In this document: positions 10,036-21,879 of the stretch, one piece after another | Position numbering within the stretch: position 1 is the first letter of the stretch | Layout of the letters: each line of letters begins with the position of its first letter | Position numbers and translations under genes: made by a program | The notes under the pieces: generated by a model | Databases searched by the model: none | The model's input: only the letters and a program-made list of their open reading frames with translations | Told to the model about the DNA's origin: nothing | Source of the DNA: Macrostomum lignano | Taxonomy: Eukaryota | Assembly: GCA_002269645.1 (NCBI GenBank) | Contig: NIVC01002465.1 | Span: 1 to 32,544, forward strand | Direction of reading: 5' to 3' | DNA: 32,544 bases

Positions 10036-11349
10036 AAATTTTACGGGAAGCTCTCTAAACCGTACAAGAATATTCGAAAAGTCTGAGAAGCCTTCTCGAA
10101 TTTATACAATCGTCTTTGAGCTGTCTGTTATATTCAGAAGCATGGCAGTACTTGTCAACTAGTTTTCATCTTGAGCAATCTTTTCAAAACATGGCTTACT
10201 TTGAAGAGTTTATATTGTTTATTGTTTATTACGATAGATTTGGCAGAAATCTGACGTATTGCAATCTTCATGTATATGCGTTGCTAATAAAATTAAAAGC
10301 AATACATTTTCGCATTAATTAGATCACTGTATTATTTAATGTATTTATAATGTACAATATTTGCAAAAAAAAGCCTGCATTATATCAAGTATTTTTTAGC
10401 GTAATCAAATCAAAACTTTACCTAAAATTGATACTTTCAATAATTTGTGCAGTTTTTATCAATTATATTATATAGTGTCTTCTGCCCAGTCAGACGTGTT
10501 GGTTGGTTAAGAAAGAAAGAAAAACAGTTTGATACAGTTTGTTTAAATGCGATCAAGTCTTCAGCTGTTCGCCTTTCAACCGCTTGCTTTTATCTCCGTA
10601 TTTTACCATTTTTTATTTGCTCATCATCTCTCATTACTTCCATCCAGCTTAGCTGCATAGCATTGGCTTCCACAAAGGTTCTTTTCTACTAATGTATAAT
10701 CAAAAAATTATTTGAGCAATAAATCCGAATTCGATTATTTTTATCAGTTATAAATGCTTGCGCTTGCTGCAAATAGTTTTTATTGTGTTTTAAAATCCTT
10801 CGTGCCGCCGGAGTCTCTTAGTACAGACTAATCTCTTGTGAAGTTTTTTTACCTTGTTGCTTTTTTGTAAATCGAATTCGCTTAGCCATTTTAGTCACCT
10901 TAGTATGAAAAAACCGTTTATTTTGTCATTTTTTGCAACCGATGTCTAGTGTAAATAATACAGAAAAGTCTCGGTTGTTGAACTTTTCTCAAAGTACAAT
11001 TTCACTAGCAATGCTACGTGCTTTTTTGTTTTTTGTGTCTGTGAATGAAACTATTTATATTGTTTTTTTAGCTTGGTAACTATTATTTACTTGGCATTGA
11101 TATTTAGAATTCTTGGCATTGAGAAAATATTTATTGGCTTTATTATCGAATATAGACTAAGCAAAAGTTCTTTATTAGTAATTAAATAATTATTCACGAA
11201 TATATTTCGTCAGAAGTAGAACTTTTTGTTTCAGTATCCACACACACCCAATGGACACTCAGAAATGGCTTTCACAAACCTATACTACGAATGTACATTC
11301 ACTCTTAGCCAACCCCTAACCTTTATTGTATACTCGCTCTTCACAGACA

Positions 11350-12130
11350 TTAACCCCCAGTGTACGCTCCTATTCATCAAACTCTTACCCCCAATGTACA
11401 CTCGCTCTTCACCAACATCTTACCCCCAATGTACACTCGCTATTCGTCAACCTCTTACCCCCAATGTACACTCGCTCTTCACCAACATCTTACCCCCAAT
11501 GTACACTCGCTATTCGTCAACCTCTTACCCCCAATGTACACTCGCTCTTCGCCAACCTCTTACCCCCAATGTACACTCGCTCTTCACCAACATCTTACCC
11601 CCAATGTACACTCGCTCTTCGCCAACCTCTTACCCCCAATGTACACTCGCTCTTCACCAACATCTTACCCCCAATGTACACTCGCTCTTCGTCAACCTCT
11701 TACCCCCAATGTACACTCGCTCTTCACCAACATCTTACCCCCAATGTACACTCGCTCTTCACCAACCTCTTACCCCCAATGTACACTCGCTCTTCACCAA
11801 CCTCTTACCCCCAATGTACACTCGCTCTTCACCAACCTCTTACCCCCAATGTACACTCGCTCTTCACCAACATCTTACCCCCAATGTACACTCGCTATTC
11901 GTCAACCTCTTACCCCCAATGTACACTCGCTCTTCACCAACCTCTTACCCCCAATGAACACTCGCTCTTCACCAACCTCTTACCCCCAATGTACACTCGC
12001 TCTTCACCAACCTCTTACCCCCAATGTACACTCGCTCTTCACCAACCTCTTACCCCCAATGTACACTCGCTCTTCGCCAACCTCTTACCCCAATGTACAC
12101 TCGCTCTTCGCCAACCTCTTACCCCAAAGC
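11350..12130. repeat. 35-bp minisatellite (CTTACCCCCAATGTACACTCGCTCTTCACCAACAT), ~21 copies
   Basis: CTCGCT recurs at 11401, 11436 and onward with a 35-bp period. ORFs in all three + frames are repeat artefacts. Confidence 0.97.
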
Positions 12131-13304
12131 TACACTCATTCTTAAGTTATTTAAACCTTAGGGCTTATCATTTCGCAATAGTTAACAGCCAGTAAATAAG
12201 CAAGGTATACATTTCACAAACTTTTCACCTAGTATACCATTACAATGTACGTACAGATTTATCTGTTTTAGTAAAGTATCATATTTTATACTTAACTTGT
12301 GTGAAATTTCTGTCGATAAAATTAATAATCTTATCCTATACATGATTAATTTGTCATTAATTTCGCCACCCAGTCCACAATCAGGTTGTTTCAAATTTAG
12401 TCGAATTATTAATGCAAACTAGTTTTTCGCGTTTATCGTGTTATTGTGTACTTGAGCTGAAATAGAAGCCTTTGCTTTGCATTACATAATAATATTGACT
12501 TTGTCAGTGATGTTAGAGAATTCCCATTCGTTGTGGCAGTAGTACACTCAGCCTGTGTGCACCCTGGCGCACTTTAAGCGACATTGTCACACAACCGGCG
12601 AGAGGCATTTAATGGTAGCCAATAGTGTGACTGCACTTGGAATCGAGCCTGGGCCGCTGAAACATCACTAAGGCTGCCCCCCCCTTTAGGCAGTCTGTGG
12701 GAGTGCAGCTTGGAAGTTCAACCTGTCCGTTTGGTTGGCTATATTGTTTATGGCCAATTCCAGTTCTGTGGCAGTGGCTGCTTGCTGCAGCTAATGCAGA
12801 TTCTCCTAATTGTCAAATTCACTGATAAAAGCAATTTATAAACTTTCGGACATTTCTCCTGAGCGCCTATTGTTTGTTACAATGATTTCACTGTTCCCTA
12901 AATAACTGTACCAATGCTTTATTAAACAAGCTTTAAAAGCTTTCTTTTATCACAATTTTCTAACCCAATTTTTGTGAGAAGAATTTTTTTCGCATTACCA
13001 AATATTTGATGATATTTGTTTATTAAAGTAAATTGATCAGCTTTAATGTGCAACTGCTTTTTTGCCATATCTGAGTTCCATTATGGTTTTTTCCGCATTT
13101 TTTTGAGTTTTTTTTAGAATATCAGGCATTGAGAAGTTATTAACTAGCCATTTAGAAAATTTGTTTCCCAGGGATCTTAAGCCTTCTAGGGATTGCCTGT
13201 ACAATTAATTAGAAATTGTAAGCCTTTTTGTAGTTGCACTTGTTGACAAATAGCTTTTCTTTTGACGCTGTAGAATTCAGTCTGTGGTTGTTGGAACTGA
13301 CAAG

Positions 13305-13680
13305 GGGCGGAGCGTTATATTAAGGGGGCGGATGGTTAAAGGAAGGGGGTGGATGGTTTAAATCGAGGGACAGATTGTTATAGGGAGGGAAGGATTGTTA
13401 TAGCGTGTGGCGGATGTTTAAATAGAGGGGCGGACAGTTTAATAGAGGGGCGGATGGTTTAATAGAGGGGGCGGATGGTAAATAGAGGGGGCGGGTGGTT
13501 AAATAGAGGGGCGGGTGGTTAAACAGAGTGGGCGGATGGTTAAATAGAGAGGGCGGATAGTTAAATAGAGGAGCGGATGATTATAGGGAGGGGGCGGATG
13601 GTTAAACACAGGGGCGGATGGTTAAACAGAGTGGGCAGATGGTTAAATAGAGCGCGAATGGTCTAAGTGAGGGGCGGATA
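13305..13680. repeat. G-rich ~21-bp minisatellite (GAGGGGCGGATGGTTAAATA) with repeated GC-boxes
   Basis: About 17 degenerate copies containing GGGGCGG or GGGCGG. Confidence 0.85.
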
Positions 13681-14246
13681 TTTAACAGAATGAGACTGGG
13701 AATGGTGTACGGCGCAAGGCCGTTAATGAAATCGAAGCAGATGGATGGCTCTGTGTGGCTCTGTGAGTTCAATTGGATCCAATTGTAAGATTTTCTATAG
13801 GCTCTCTTTACTTTAAGCGGTTATCTTCACAGGTATTAAGAACAAAAGCACTCAGCTAGTCGCCTTTGTGTTGTCATTAGATTTATATTGTCTATAAAAT
13901 AGTCTAAACTGGCTTTGCCTATTCATTTTTTTAATGGCAAAAGCGTATGAGGGGTTAATTTTGCGGCTATCCTCTGCTACTGCAAGAAACCGGGGACGGA
14001 CGGCTTTGGAGTGGAGAACTCTGTAGGGGATAATGGCGAGGGTAGTCTGGGCTGGATGGGGTGTTGAGAGGCTGAGAAGGGAGTCGCCTCTTCTCTCCTC
14101 CCGTATTTGCATTCCTCCCCTCTTTTTTCTTCCTAATCTGCAGCTTTCTGCGTACAGTCAGTCAGAGTCTGAGAGAGATCTGCTGTAGCGCCCACTTCTA
14201 TCTGTCTTTCCGCGCTCCTGCTGCCCCTTTTTGGTCGGGCTTAATT

Positions 14247-14251
<5 letters not shown>

Positions 14252-14283
<32 letters not shown>
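14252..14283. repeat. (CT)16 microsatellite
   Basis: Perfect CT dinucleotide run. Confidence 0.95.
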
Positions 14284-14289
<6 letters not shown>

Positions 14290-14679
14290 CGTGCCTTCAT
14301 CTCTTTCTGCTCTGAGCCCCACGTGGTTGGCTGATATAATACTGTATAGCAAAGCTTCCATAGCGCTCGCGTGCGTGAACGAATGCTTTATGAGGAAGAC
14401 TCTGAGGCGATTCTTTTTTCTCTCTCTGCTCTTCTCGTTTGGTCAGTTGAATAATAGTCTTGCGAAATGATATTTACTGCTTCTTATAGAGTTTTGCTTG
14501 TTCATTATACAATTGTCTTGCGAATTGCTTCTACTGGCTAATCGGCTTGGTAAAAACTATCTTGATCTTTTTGTTTTGCTCTTGTTTGTAGCTAGATAGT
14601 TGCAACTTCAAACAGTGAGTTGTCCCAGATTGTCTCCAGATTGTCAGTAGGATCATGCTTGGATGCATCAAAATTAACC

Positions 14680-15282
14680 TTAGTTCGGCGCCATGATTGA
14701 CCCTAGTTCGGCGCCAAGATTGACACTAGTTTGACGCCATGATTGACACTAGTTTGACGCCATGATTGACACTAGTTTGACGCCATGATTGACACTAGTT
14801 TGACGCCATGATTGACACTAGTTTGACGCCATGATTGACACTAGTTTGACGCCATGATTGACACTAGGTTGAGGCCATGATTGACACTAGGTTTGAGCCA
14901 TGATTGACCGTAGTTGCTTGACACTAAATCGGCGCCCAGATTGACGCTAAATCGGCGCCATAGTTGATACTAAATCGGCGCCATAGTTGACCCTAAATCA
15001 GCGCCAAGATTAATACAAAATCCGCGCCATGGTTGTCAAAATCGGCGCCAAAATTAGCACTAAATCGGCGCCACAGTTGACACTAAATCAGCACCCAGAT
15101 TGACACTAAATCGGCGCCATAGTTGACACTAAATCAGCGCCCAGATTGATACTAAATCGGCGCCATAATTGACACTAAACCGGCGTCATGGTTGACACTA
15201 AATCAGCGCCCAGATTGACACTAAATCGGCGCCATAGTTGACACTAAATCAGCGCCAAGATTGACACTAAATCGGCGTCATA
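14680..15282. repeat. 23-bp minisatellite with two sub-variants (GATTGACACTAGTTTGACGCCAT, then GTTGACACTAAATCGGCGCCATA)
   Basis: About 26 tandem units; the consensus switches near 14920. Confidence 0.93.
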
Positions 15283-16009
15283 GGCCTGTATAGAAGAGAG
15301 AATATTTCACTCGAAATATCTCAGCTAGGGGATTTGTAAAGCTGACAGCAGCCAGTATTCCGCAGAGATTTCCTGTTCCTGTTGTGGACGCAGCCTGTCA
15401 AGGGCAGCCGTAGAAGCTATGTAGGGCTGACTGTCACTGCGAGTTCATACTTCGAATATAAGGCTGCATAGACTTCCATCCGAGTTGCTTCTACTAAACT
15501 CATCTCGCCTTTCCGTTGTCGCTATATAAGATCAGCGAGCGCTAAAGGCGGATCTGCAAGCCGAGGCTAACGGAAATAGCAAACGACACGTTTCCTTCTG
15601 CTTCTGCCTCGTGTTCTTCCTTAATTTACCCCCTCGCCAGGCCATTAGTTCACGCCTAGCTGCTCAGAAAAAGTAGACGACACACAGAAGAGGAGGGGAA
15701 GCGGAGACTAAGGGGGAAGATCTTCTAGCAAGGCTGTCGTGTCTTAAATTACCCAAATGTTGCTGCTACTGCTGCCTTTTCTGCTTTTTTCTGCTTTTTA
15801 ATAGTGCGTTGCGGGCTAAGGTATGTAACTTTTCGCTGCACTGATTTCTGGCTTCGTTTGAATCTTAACTATATGTTTGAGCCCGTGATTATGGTTTAGC
15901 CTATAGAGAATAAAGGCCACACTGACTAGCGCGTTCATAGATCACTAAATGGCGTGTAAACTTGGACTGGAAGCTTGAAATGTCATTAACTCCGGGACAG
16001 TAACTAAGA

Positions 16010-16335
16010 CTGTCATTGCGGATCTTTTAATAGTAAATCTAGACTGCAAGTTCATGGACACCTGAACAAAACTGAATTGACTCGAACTAAGACTGCCGTT
16101 ACTAACAGATCTCTAAATAGTAAAATCTGGACTGCAAGTTCATGGACAACTAAACAACTGAATTGATCTGAAATAAGATCGTCGACATTATTAACGGATC
16201 TCTAAATAGTAAAATCTGGACTGCCAGTTCATGGACAACTAAACAGGAGTGAATTGACGTGAACTATGACTGCCGTTACTAACGGATCTCTTAATTGTAA
16301 AATCTGGACTGCATGTTCATGGACAACTAAACAGA
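16010..16335. repeat. ~88-89-bp tandem repeat, ~4 copies
   Basis: CATGGACA recurs at ~16053, 16141, 16230 and 16318 within AAATCTGGACTGCAAGTTCATGGACAACTAAAC units. Confidence 0.85.
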
Positions 16336-16854
16336 CCGTGAAATATAGATTTTAGGGAGCTAGACATTTATTAGCAAAAACATAATTTCAAACTTCTTAG
16401 GAACAATCAAGCATGCCTAATATGGAAATGCCAGTGTTTTTTCTGCTTAAATTTCTTATCGGTGGCTGCTGGCTAGATTTTTTATTGTTCGATTTCTTGT
16501 TGCCAAGCAATTTAGATCGTCAAAAAAAGATATTTACGAAATGGTTAGCCAAGCTTTACGAGCGCACTTGCAGCTATTTTTAGCAGTAAAAAATTTCAAT
16601 GTTTTTGGCAGAAGCTTCTTGGTTGAAACCGTTTTCGATTGATTAGGCTTGATAGTTTTATTACTGTGCTCAGCTTTCAGATTTGAAATGGCCTGGGAGG
16701 AAATCTTAATCCGATTTAATCTGGCCGGGCCGGGCCGCCTTTTTCTTTTGAGCTTCCCTTTTTAGGCTTGCCTTTTTAGCTGAGGTTTTTTTACTGAGTT
16801 TTCCCCGTTTTGTTATTTCGAATTCATTCTCTATTTTTATTTCTTTGTCTCTCC

Positions 16855-17395
16855 CCGACTCTTACTCTTCTCTCTCTGAATCTCACTCTCCCGTCTCTAA
16901 CTCACTCTCCTCTCTCTGACTCTCACTCTCCCGTCTTTAACTCACTCTCCTCTCTCTGACTCTCACTCTCCCGTCTTTAACTCACTCTCCTCTCTCTGAC
17001 TCTCACTCTCCCGTCTTTAACTCACTCTCCTCTCTCTGGCTCTCACTCTCCCGTCTTTAACTCACTCTCCTCTCTCTGACTCTCATTCTCCCGTCTTTAA
17101 CTCACTCTCCTCTCTCTGACTCTCATTCTCCTCTCTCTGACTCTCACTCTCCTCTCTCTGACTCTCAACTCCTCTCTATGGCTCTCACTCTTATCTGCAA
17201 TTCTTACTCTTCTCTCGATGAATCTCACTCTCCTCTCTCTGACTCTCACTCTCCTCTCTATGGCTCTCACTCTCCTCTCTCTGACTCTCAACTCTCCTCT
17301 CTATGGCTCTCACTCTTTTATCTACAATTCTTACTCTTCTCTCGATTAATCTCACTCTCCTCTCTCCGACTCTCACTCTCCTCTCTGACTTGCCT
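16855..17395. repeat. Pyrimidine-rich 19-bp minisatellite (CTCACTCTCCTCTCTCTGA), partly a 38-bp dimer
   Basis: CTCACTCTCCCGTCTTTAA and CTCACTCTCCTCTCTCTGA alternate at 16880-17110, followed by monomeric and degenerate copies. Confidence 0.9.
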
Positions 17396-17785
17396 CTATT
17401 CTTTCATTTTTATCTAACTTGTTTTAAAGTTCCATTCCCCTCTTTCTACAAGTCTCTCTTCTCGAACTCATAATAACTTTGTTTAGTTGAATTCGCAAAA
17501 AATTGCACCAAAAGGTTTTGGTTCTTGTTCAAGTTTGATTTGTATCCAACTGTTTGGGATCGGGATTCAAGTGCGTCATTGCTACACGACAAACACTTGC
17601 AGGGGGGGGGAATGTTTTTGGCTACTTGAATGCTATTGAAAACTTAATTCTGAAATTTCCTTGATCTATCCACTGTAAAGTAAAGTCCCGTAGCAACAAA
17701 AATTTCGCATATCTTATTAATCATTTCAGCTGTCATCAAATGAGAAAAAAATGACATTTACATCCGTATTGCACAACTGACAGAC

Positions 17786-17801
17786 ACTAATTACTTCCTA
17801 G
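17786..17801 (+). promoter_or_regulatory. Branch point plus 3' splice acceptor upstream of the arrestin ATG (5' UTR intron or spliced-leader acceptor)
   Basis: caCTAATtacttcctAG ends 24 nt before ATG 17826. Confidence 0.5.
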
Positions 17802-17825
17802 ATTAACCCTGATATCAAGGCATCA

Positions 17826-18503
17826 ATGGCTGACACAGCTAAAGCCGCTAACAACAACTCAAGCTCCAAGCCGACTCAAGCCAATAATAATGGTGATGTG
17901 AACCAGAGCAGCACAGACCCCAGCGCCAAGTCGCAGCAGGCTCAGTCCCAGCGTCAGGGAACGCGGGTGTTTAAAAAGAGTTCTCCAAATGGCAAAATCA
18001 CCGCCTACCTCGGCAAGAGAGACTTTGTGGACCATCTGACTCACGTGGACCCCATTGACGGCGTGGTCCTGGTCGACCCCGACTACATGAAGGACCGCAA
18101 AGTGTACGCCCACGTGCTGGCTGCCTTCCGCTACGGCCGCGAAGATCTGGACGTTCTTGGTCTGACATTTCGCAAGGACTTGTACATCGCCTGCATGCAA
18201 GTTTATCCGCCAATTAAGGACAATGCTAAGCCGTTGACTCGACTACAGGAGCGCCTCATCAAGAAGCTGGGCGATAATGCGCATCCGTTCTTCTTTGAGC
18301 TGCCTCCGCAGCAGAGTCCAGCTTCTGTCACCCTGCAGCCGGGGCCCAATGACAGCGGCAAACCTTGCGGAGTTGACTACGAGCTCAAGACCTACGTAGC
18401 TGAGACTGCCGACGGGAAGTCGCATAAACGTAGCACCGTCAGGCTGGCTATTAGGAAACTCACCTATGCACCCGAGCAGCCGGGCCCGCAGCCCAGCGCT
18501 GAG
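17826..18503 (+). CDS. arrb: Beta-arrestin (non-visual arrestin/Kurtz-like), coding exon 1 (N-domain)
   Basis: [113 protein letters not shown], ending at a GAG|GTGATT donor (phase 0). Confidence 0.97.
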
Positions 18504-19681
18504 GTGATTCGCTTGTTTGGGCTTCATCCATTCGGGGGGTGGCGAAAGGTTCAATAATGAAGTGTCATGGAGACTAACGGATGCATCAGTGGTGGTAGCA
18601 ATGGCATCAATGTTAACTTCGGTTATCAAAAGATCCTGAAGGTTTATGGAGGGTAACTGTTGACATCAAAAGATCCTGAAGCTTCAGGAAAGGTAGAGAC
18701 GACATCAAAGGATTCTGAGCTTCGGGGAGATTAGGGATACTGCGACATCAAAGGATCCTGAAGCTTCAGGGATGGTAGGGCAGTACGACATCAAAGGATC
18801 CTGAAACTTCAGGGAGGGTAGGGACGACATCAAAAGATCCTGAAGCTTCAGGGGAGGTAGGAACGACATCAAAAGATCATTAAGCTTCAGGGGAGGTAGG
18901 AACGACATCAAAAGATCATTAAGCTTCAGTGGAGGTAGGAACGACATCAAAAGATCATGAAGCTTCAGAGGAGGTAGGAACGACATCAAAAGATCATTAA
19001 GCTTCAGGGAAGGTAGGGACGACATCAAAAGATCATTAGCTTCATAGAAGGTAGGGACGACATCAAAAGATCCTAAAGCTTCAGGGAAGGTAGGAACGAC
19101 ATCAAAAGATCATGAAGCTTCAGAGGAGGTAGGAACGACATCAAAAGATCATTAAGCTTCAGGGAAGGTAGGGACGACATCAAAAGATCATTAGCTTCAT
19201 AGAAGGTAGGGACGACATCAAAAGATCCTAAAGCTTCAGGGAAGGTAGGAACGACATCAAAAGATCATGAAGCTTCAGAGGAGGTAGGAACGACATCAAA
19301 AGATCATTAAGCTTCAGGGAAGGTAGGGACGACATCAAAAGATCATTAGCTTCATAGAAGGTAGGGACGACATCAAAAGATCCTAAAGCTTCAGGGAAGG
19401 TAGGAACGACATCAAAAGATCCTGAAGCTTCAGAGGAGGTAGGAACGACATCAAAAGATTATGAAGCTTCAGGGAAGGTAGAAACGACATCAAAAGCTGA
19501 TGAAGCTTCAGGGAGAGTAGCGGCGATATCCAAGGATCCTGAAACTTTAGAGAGTGTGGGGTGATATCAAAGGATCTCAAAGTTTCAGGGAGGGTAGCGG
19601 TGAGATCAAAGGATCCAGAAGATACATGGAGGGTAGGAGACATCCTGACGGCTCATAAAGTGTCCCTTCCCTAACCCGCAG
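18504..19681 (+). other. Arrestin intron 1 (1178 nt)
   Basis: GT..ctaacccgcAG; splicing restores [12 protein letters not shown], as in the beta-arrestin PTAETTRQFLMS motif. Confidence 0.93.
18625..19620. repeat. 39-bp minisatellite (GACATCAAAAGATCCTGAAGCTTCAGGGAAGGTAGGAAC) with a 155-bp four-unit higher-order repeat
   Basis: About 25 units. An identical 4-unit block starts at 19021, 19176 and 19331. The core CCTGAAGCTTCAGG is a perfect palindrome. Confidence 0.95.
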
Positions 19682-20110
19682 ACCACAAAGGAGTTCATCA
19701 TGAGCGCTGGCTGTCTCAGACTGGAAGCCAGTCTTGACAAGGAGAAATATTACCACGGCGAATCGATCGCTATCAACGTCCTGGTTGACAACAACACCAG
19801 CAAAACTGTGAAGAAAGTTCGAATCTCCGTTCGTCAAATTGCCGATATTTGCCTATTCAGTCCGAATAGTTACAAGTGCGGAGTGGCCGAACTGGAATCT
19901 GAAGAAGGCTTCCCTATTGGGCCTTCGCAGACTGGCTGGTGCAAGGTGTACCACGTGTGCCCCCTGCTGGCTAACAATCGGGACAAGCGTGGCCTGGCAT
20001 TGGACGGTCAGCTGAAACACGAGGACACCAACTTGGCTAGCAGTACCATACTGAAGGATGCCAGCCAGTCTAAGGAGAATTTGGGCATTGTGGTCAACTA
20101 TAGAGTCAAG
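19682..20110 (+). CDS. arrb: Beta-arrestin, coding exon 2 (C-domain)
   Basis: [98 protein letters not shown]; 429 nt; AAG|GTTGGT donor. Confidence 0.97.
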
Positions 20111-21252
20111 GTTGGTTTCGATGCTATTGTACCATTTTTGAGATTGGATGCTTTAGGTGATGATTGGATGCTTCATGTGATAATTGGATGCTTCAGGTGA
20201 TGATTGGATGCTTTAGGTGATGATTGGATTCTTCGGGTGATTATTTGATGCTTCAGGTGATGATTAAATGCTTCAGGTGAGAATTGGATGCTGCAGTTTA
20301 TCATTCGATGCTTCAGGTGAGAATTGGATGCTTCAGGTGAGGATTGGATGCTTCAGGTTATCATTCGATGCTTCAGGTGAGAATTGGATGCTTCAGGTGA
20401 TGATTGGATGCTTCAGGTGATGATTGGATGCTTCAGGTGATGATTGGATGCTTCAGGTGATGATTGGATGCTTCAGGTAATGATTGGATGCTTCAGGTGA
20501 TGATTGGATGCTTCAGGTGAGGATTGGATGCTTCAGGTGATGATTGGATGCTTCAGGTGATGATTGGATGCTTCAGGTGAGCATTGGATGCTTCAGGTAA
20601 TGATTGGATGCTTCAGGTGATGATTGGATGCTTCAGGTGATGATTGGATGCTTCAGGTGATGATTGAATGCTTCAGGTGATGATTGAATGCTTCAGGTGA
20701 TGATTTGATGCTTTAGGTGATGATTGGATGCTTCAGGTAATGATTGGATGCTTCAGGTGATGATTGGATTCTTCGGGTGATTATTGGATGCTTCATGTGA
20801 TGATTGGATGCTTTAGGTGATGATTGGATTCTTTGGGTGATTATTGGATGCTTCATGTGATGATTGGATGCTTCAGGTGATGATTGGATGCTTCATGTGA
20901 TGATTGGATGCTTCAGATGATGATTGGATGCTTCAGATGATGATTGGATGCTTCAGGTGATGATTGAATGCTTCAGGTGATGATTGAATGCTTCAGGTGA
21001 TGATTGAATGCTTCAGGTGATGATTGAATGCTTCAGGTGATGATTGAATGCTTCAGGTGATGATTTGATGCTTTAGGTGATGATTGGATGCTTCAGGTTA
21101 TCATTCGATGCTTCAGGTGAGAATTCGATGCTTCAGGTGAGAATTAAGGATGCTTCAGGTGATGATTGGATGCTTCAGGGGATGATTGGATGCTTCAGGT
21201 GATTATTAAATTCCTCAGGTGAAGAATAAGTGCTTCATTTGTCCTTAATCAG
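20111..21252 (+). other. Arrestin intron 2 (1142 nt)
   Basis: GT..ccttaatcAG; splicing restores YRVK-VRLVL (beta-arrestin YKVKVKLVV). Confidence 0.93.
20140..21215. repeat. 20-bp minisatellite (GATGATTGGATGCTTCAGGT), ~53 copies
   Basis: Direct 20-bp periodicity filling almost all of intron 2. Confidence 0.97.
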
Positions 21253-21582
21253 GTCCGCCTAGTGCTGGGTTTCGGAAGCTCTGACGTGTGCGTGGAGCTG
21301 CCCTTCGTGCTGACACACCCGAAGCCCTGTGAGGAGGACCTCTCCGAGGCCGGCGACGCCCCAGCCGCCGCCTCCGCTGGCTCGACATCAAAGGCCGCCG
21401 CTCCAGAACCTGCCGCCGCCGCCGCGGCCGCAGCCGACTCTGACATCCTGGACACCGACCTGATTCACTTGGACGCTGGCAGCGATGGGGCCCGGAGTCT
21501 GCACCTGCACCCGGACGACGATCTGATCTTCGAGGACTTCGCCAGACTGCGGCTTCAGGGCCACGGCGAGGAGGACGCTTGA
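21253..21582 (+). CDS. arrb: Beta-arrestin, coding exon 3 (C-tail); full protein about 478 aa
   Basis: SSDVCVELPFVLTHPKP; clathrin-box-like DTDLIHLD; AP2-binding DDDLIFEDFARLRLQG; TGA stop. Confidence 0.97.
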   Translation, partial: VRLVLGFGSSDVCVELPFVLTHPKPCEEDLSEAGDAPAAASAGSTSKAAAPEPAAAAAAAADSDILDTDLIHLDAGSDGARSLHLHPDDDLIFEDFARLRLQGHGEEDA

Positions 21583-21879
21583 AGACGTTCGCTGTTGCCT
21601 GACCAGCTGGTTGAACTTTTTTGCGCGTCTGATTTATGCAAATATGACTAATCATATGCACTATATACTATAGCTACTACTAGCTTTCTGCAATATCAGT
21701 AGTATGTTGTGGTTAAATGCACCTCTCCATTTGTATTGAAAAGCTACTCTGACTGTCTGATTTATCAATATGAACTTTTTGTAGCCCTCTCTGTTTTGTC
21801 TGCTAATTCGGCTGGTTTGTTACATGAAGTATAGCGTCCGTCCCGCTGTTGGTGATCTGACTGGGCTGTCTCCGTTGGA

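Noticed and set aside
18625-19620. CRISPR-like array (palindromic ~39-bp repeats)
   Set aside because: The units are contiguous with no unique spacers, there are no cas genes, and the context is a eukaryotic intron.
19700-20200. Intron-retained, p44-like constitutively active arrestin isoform
   Set aside because: Read-through would truncate before the last C-domain beta strands, probably misfolding the protein, and there is no expression evidence.
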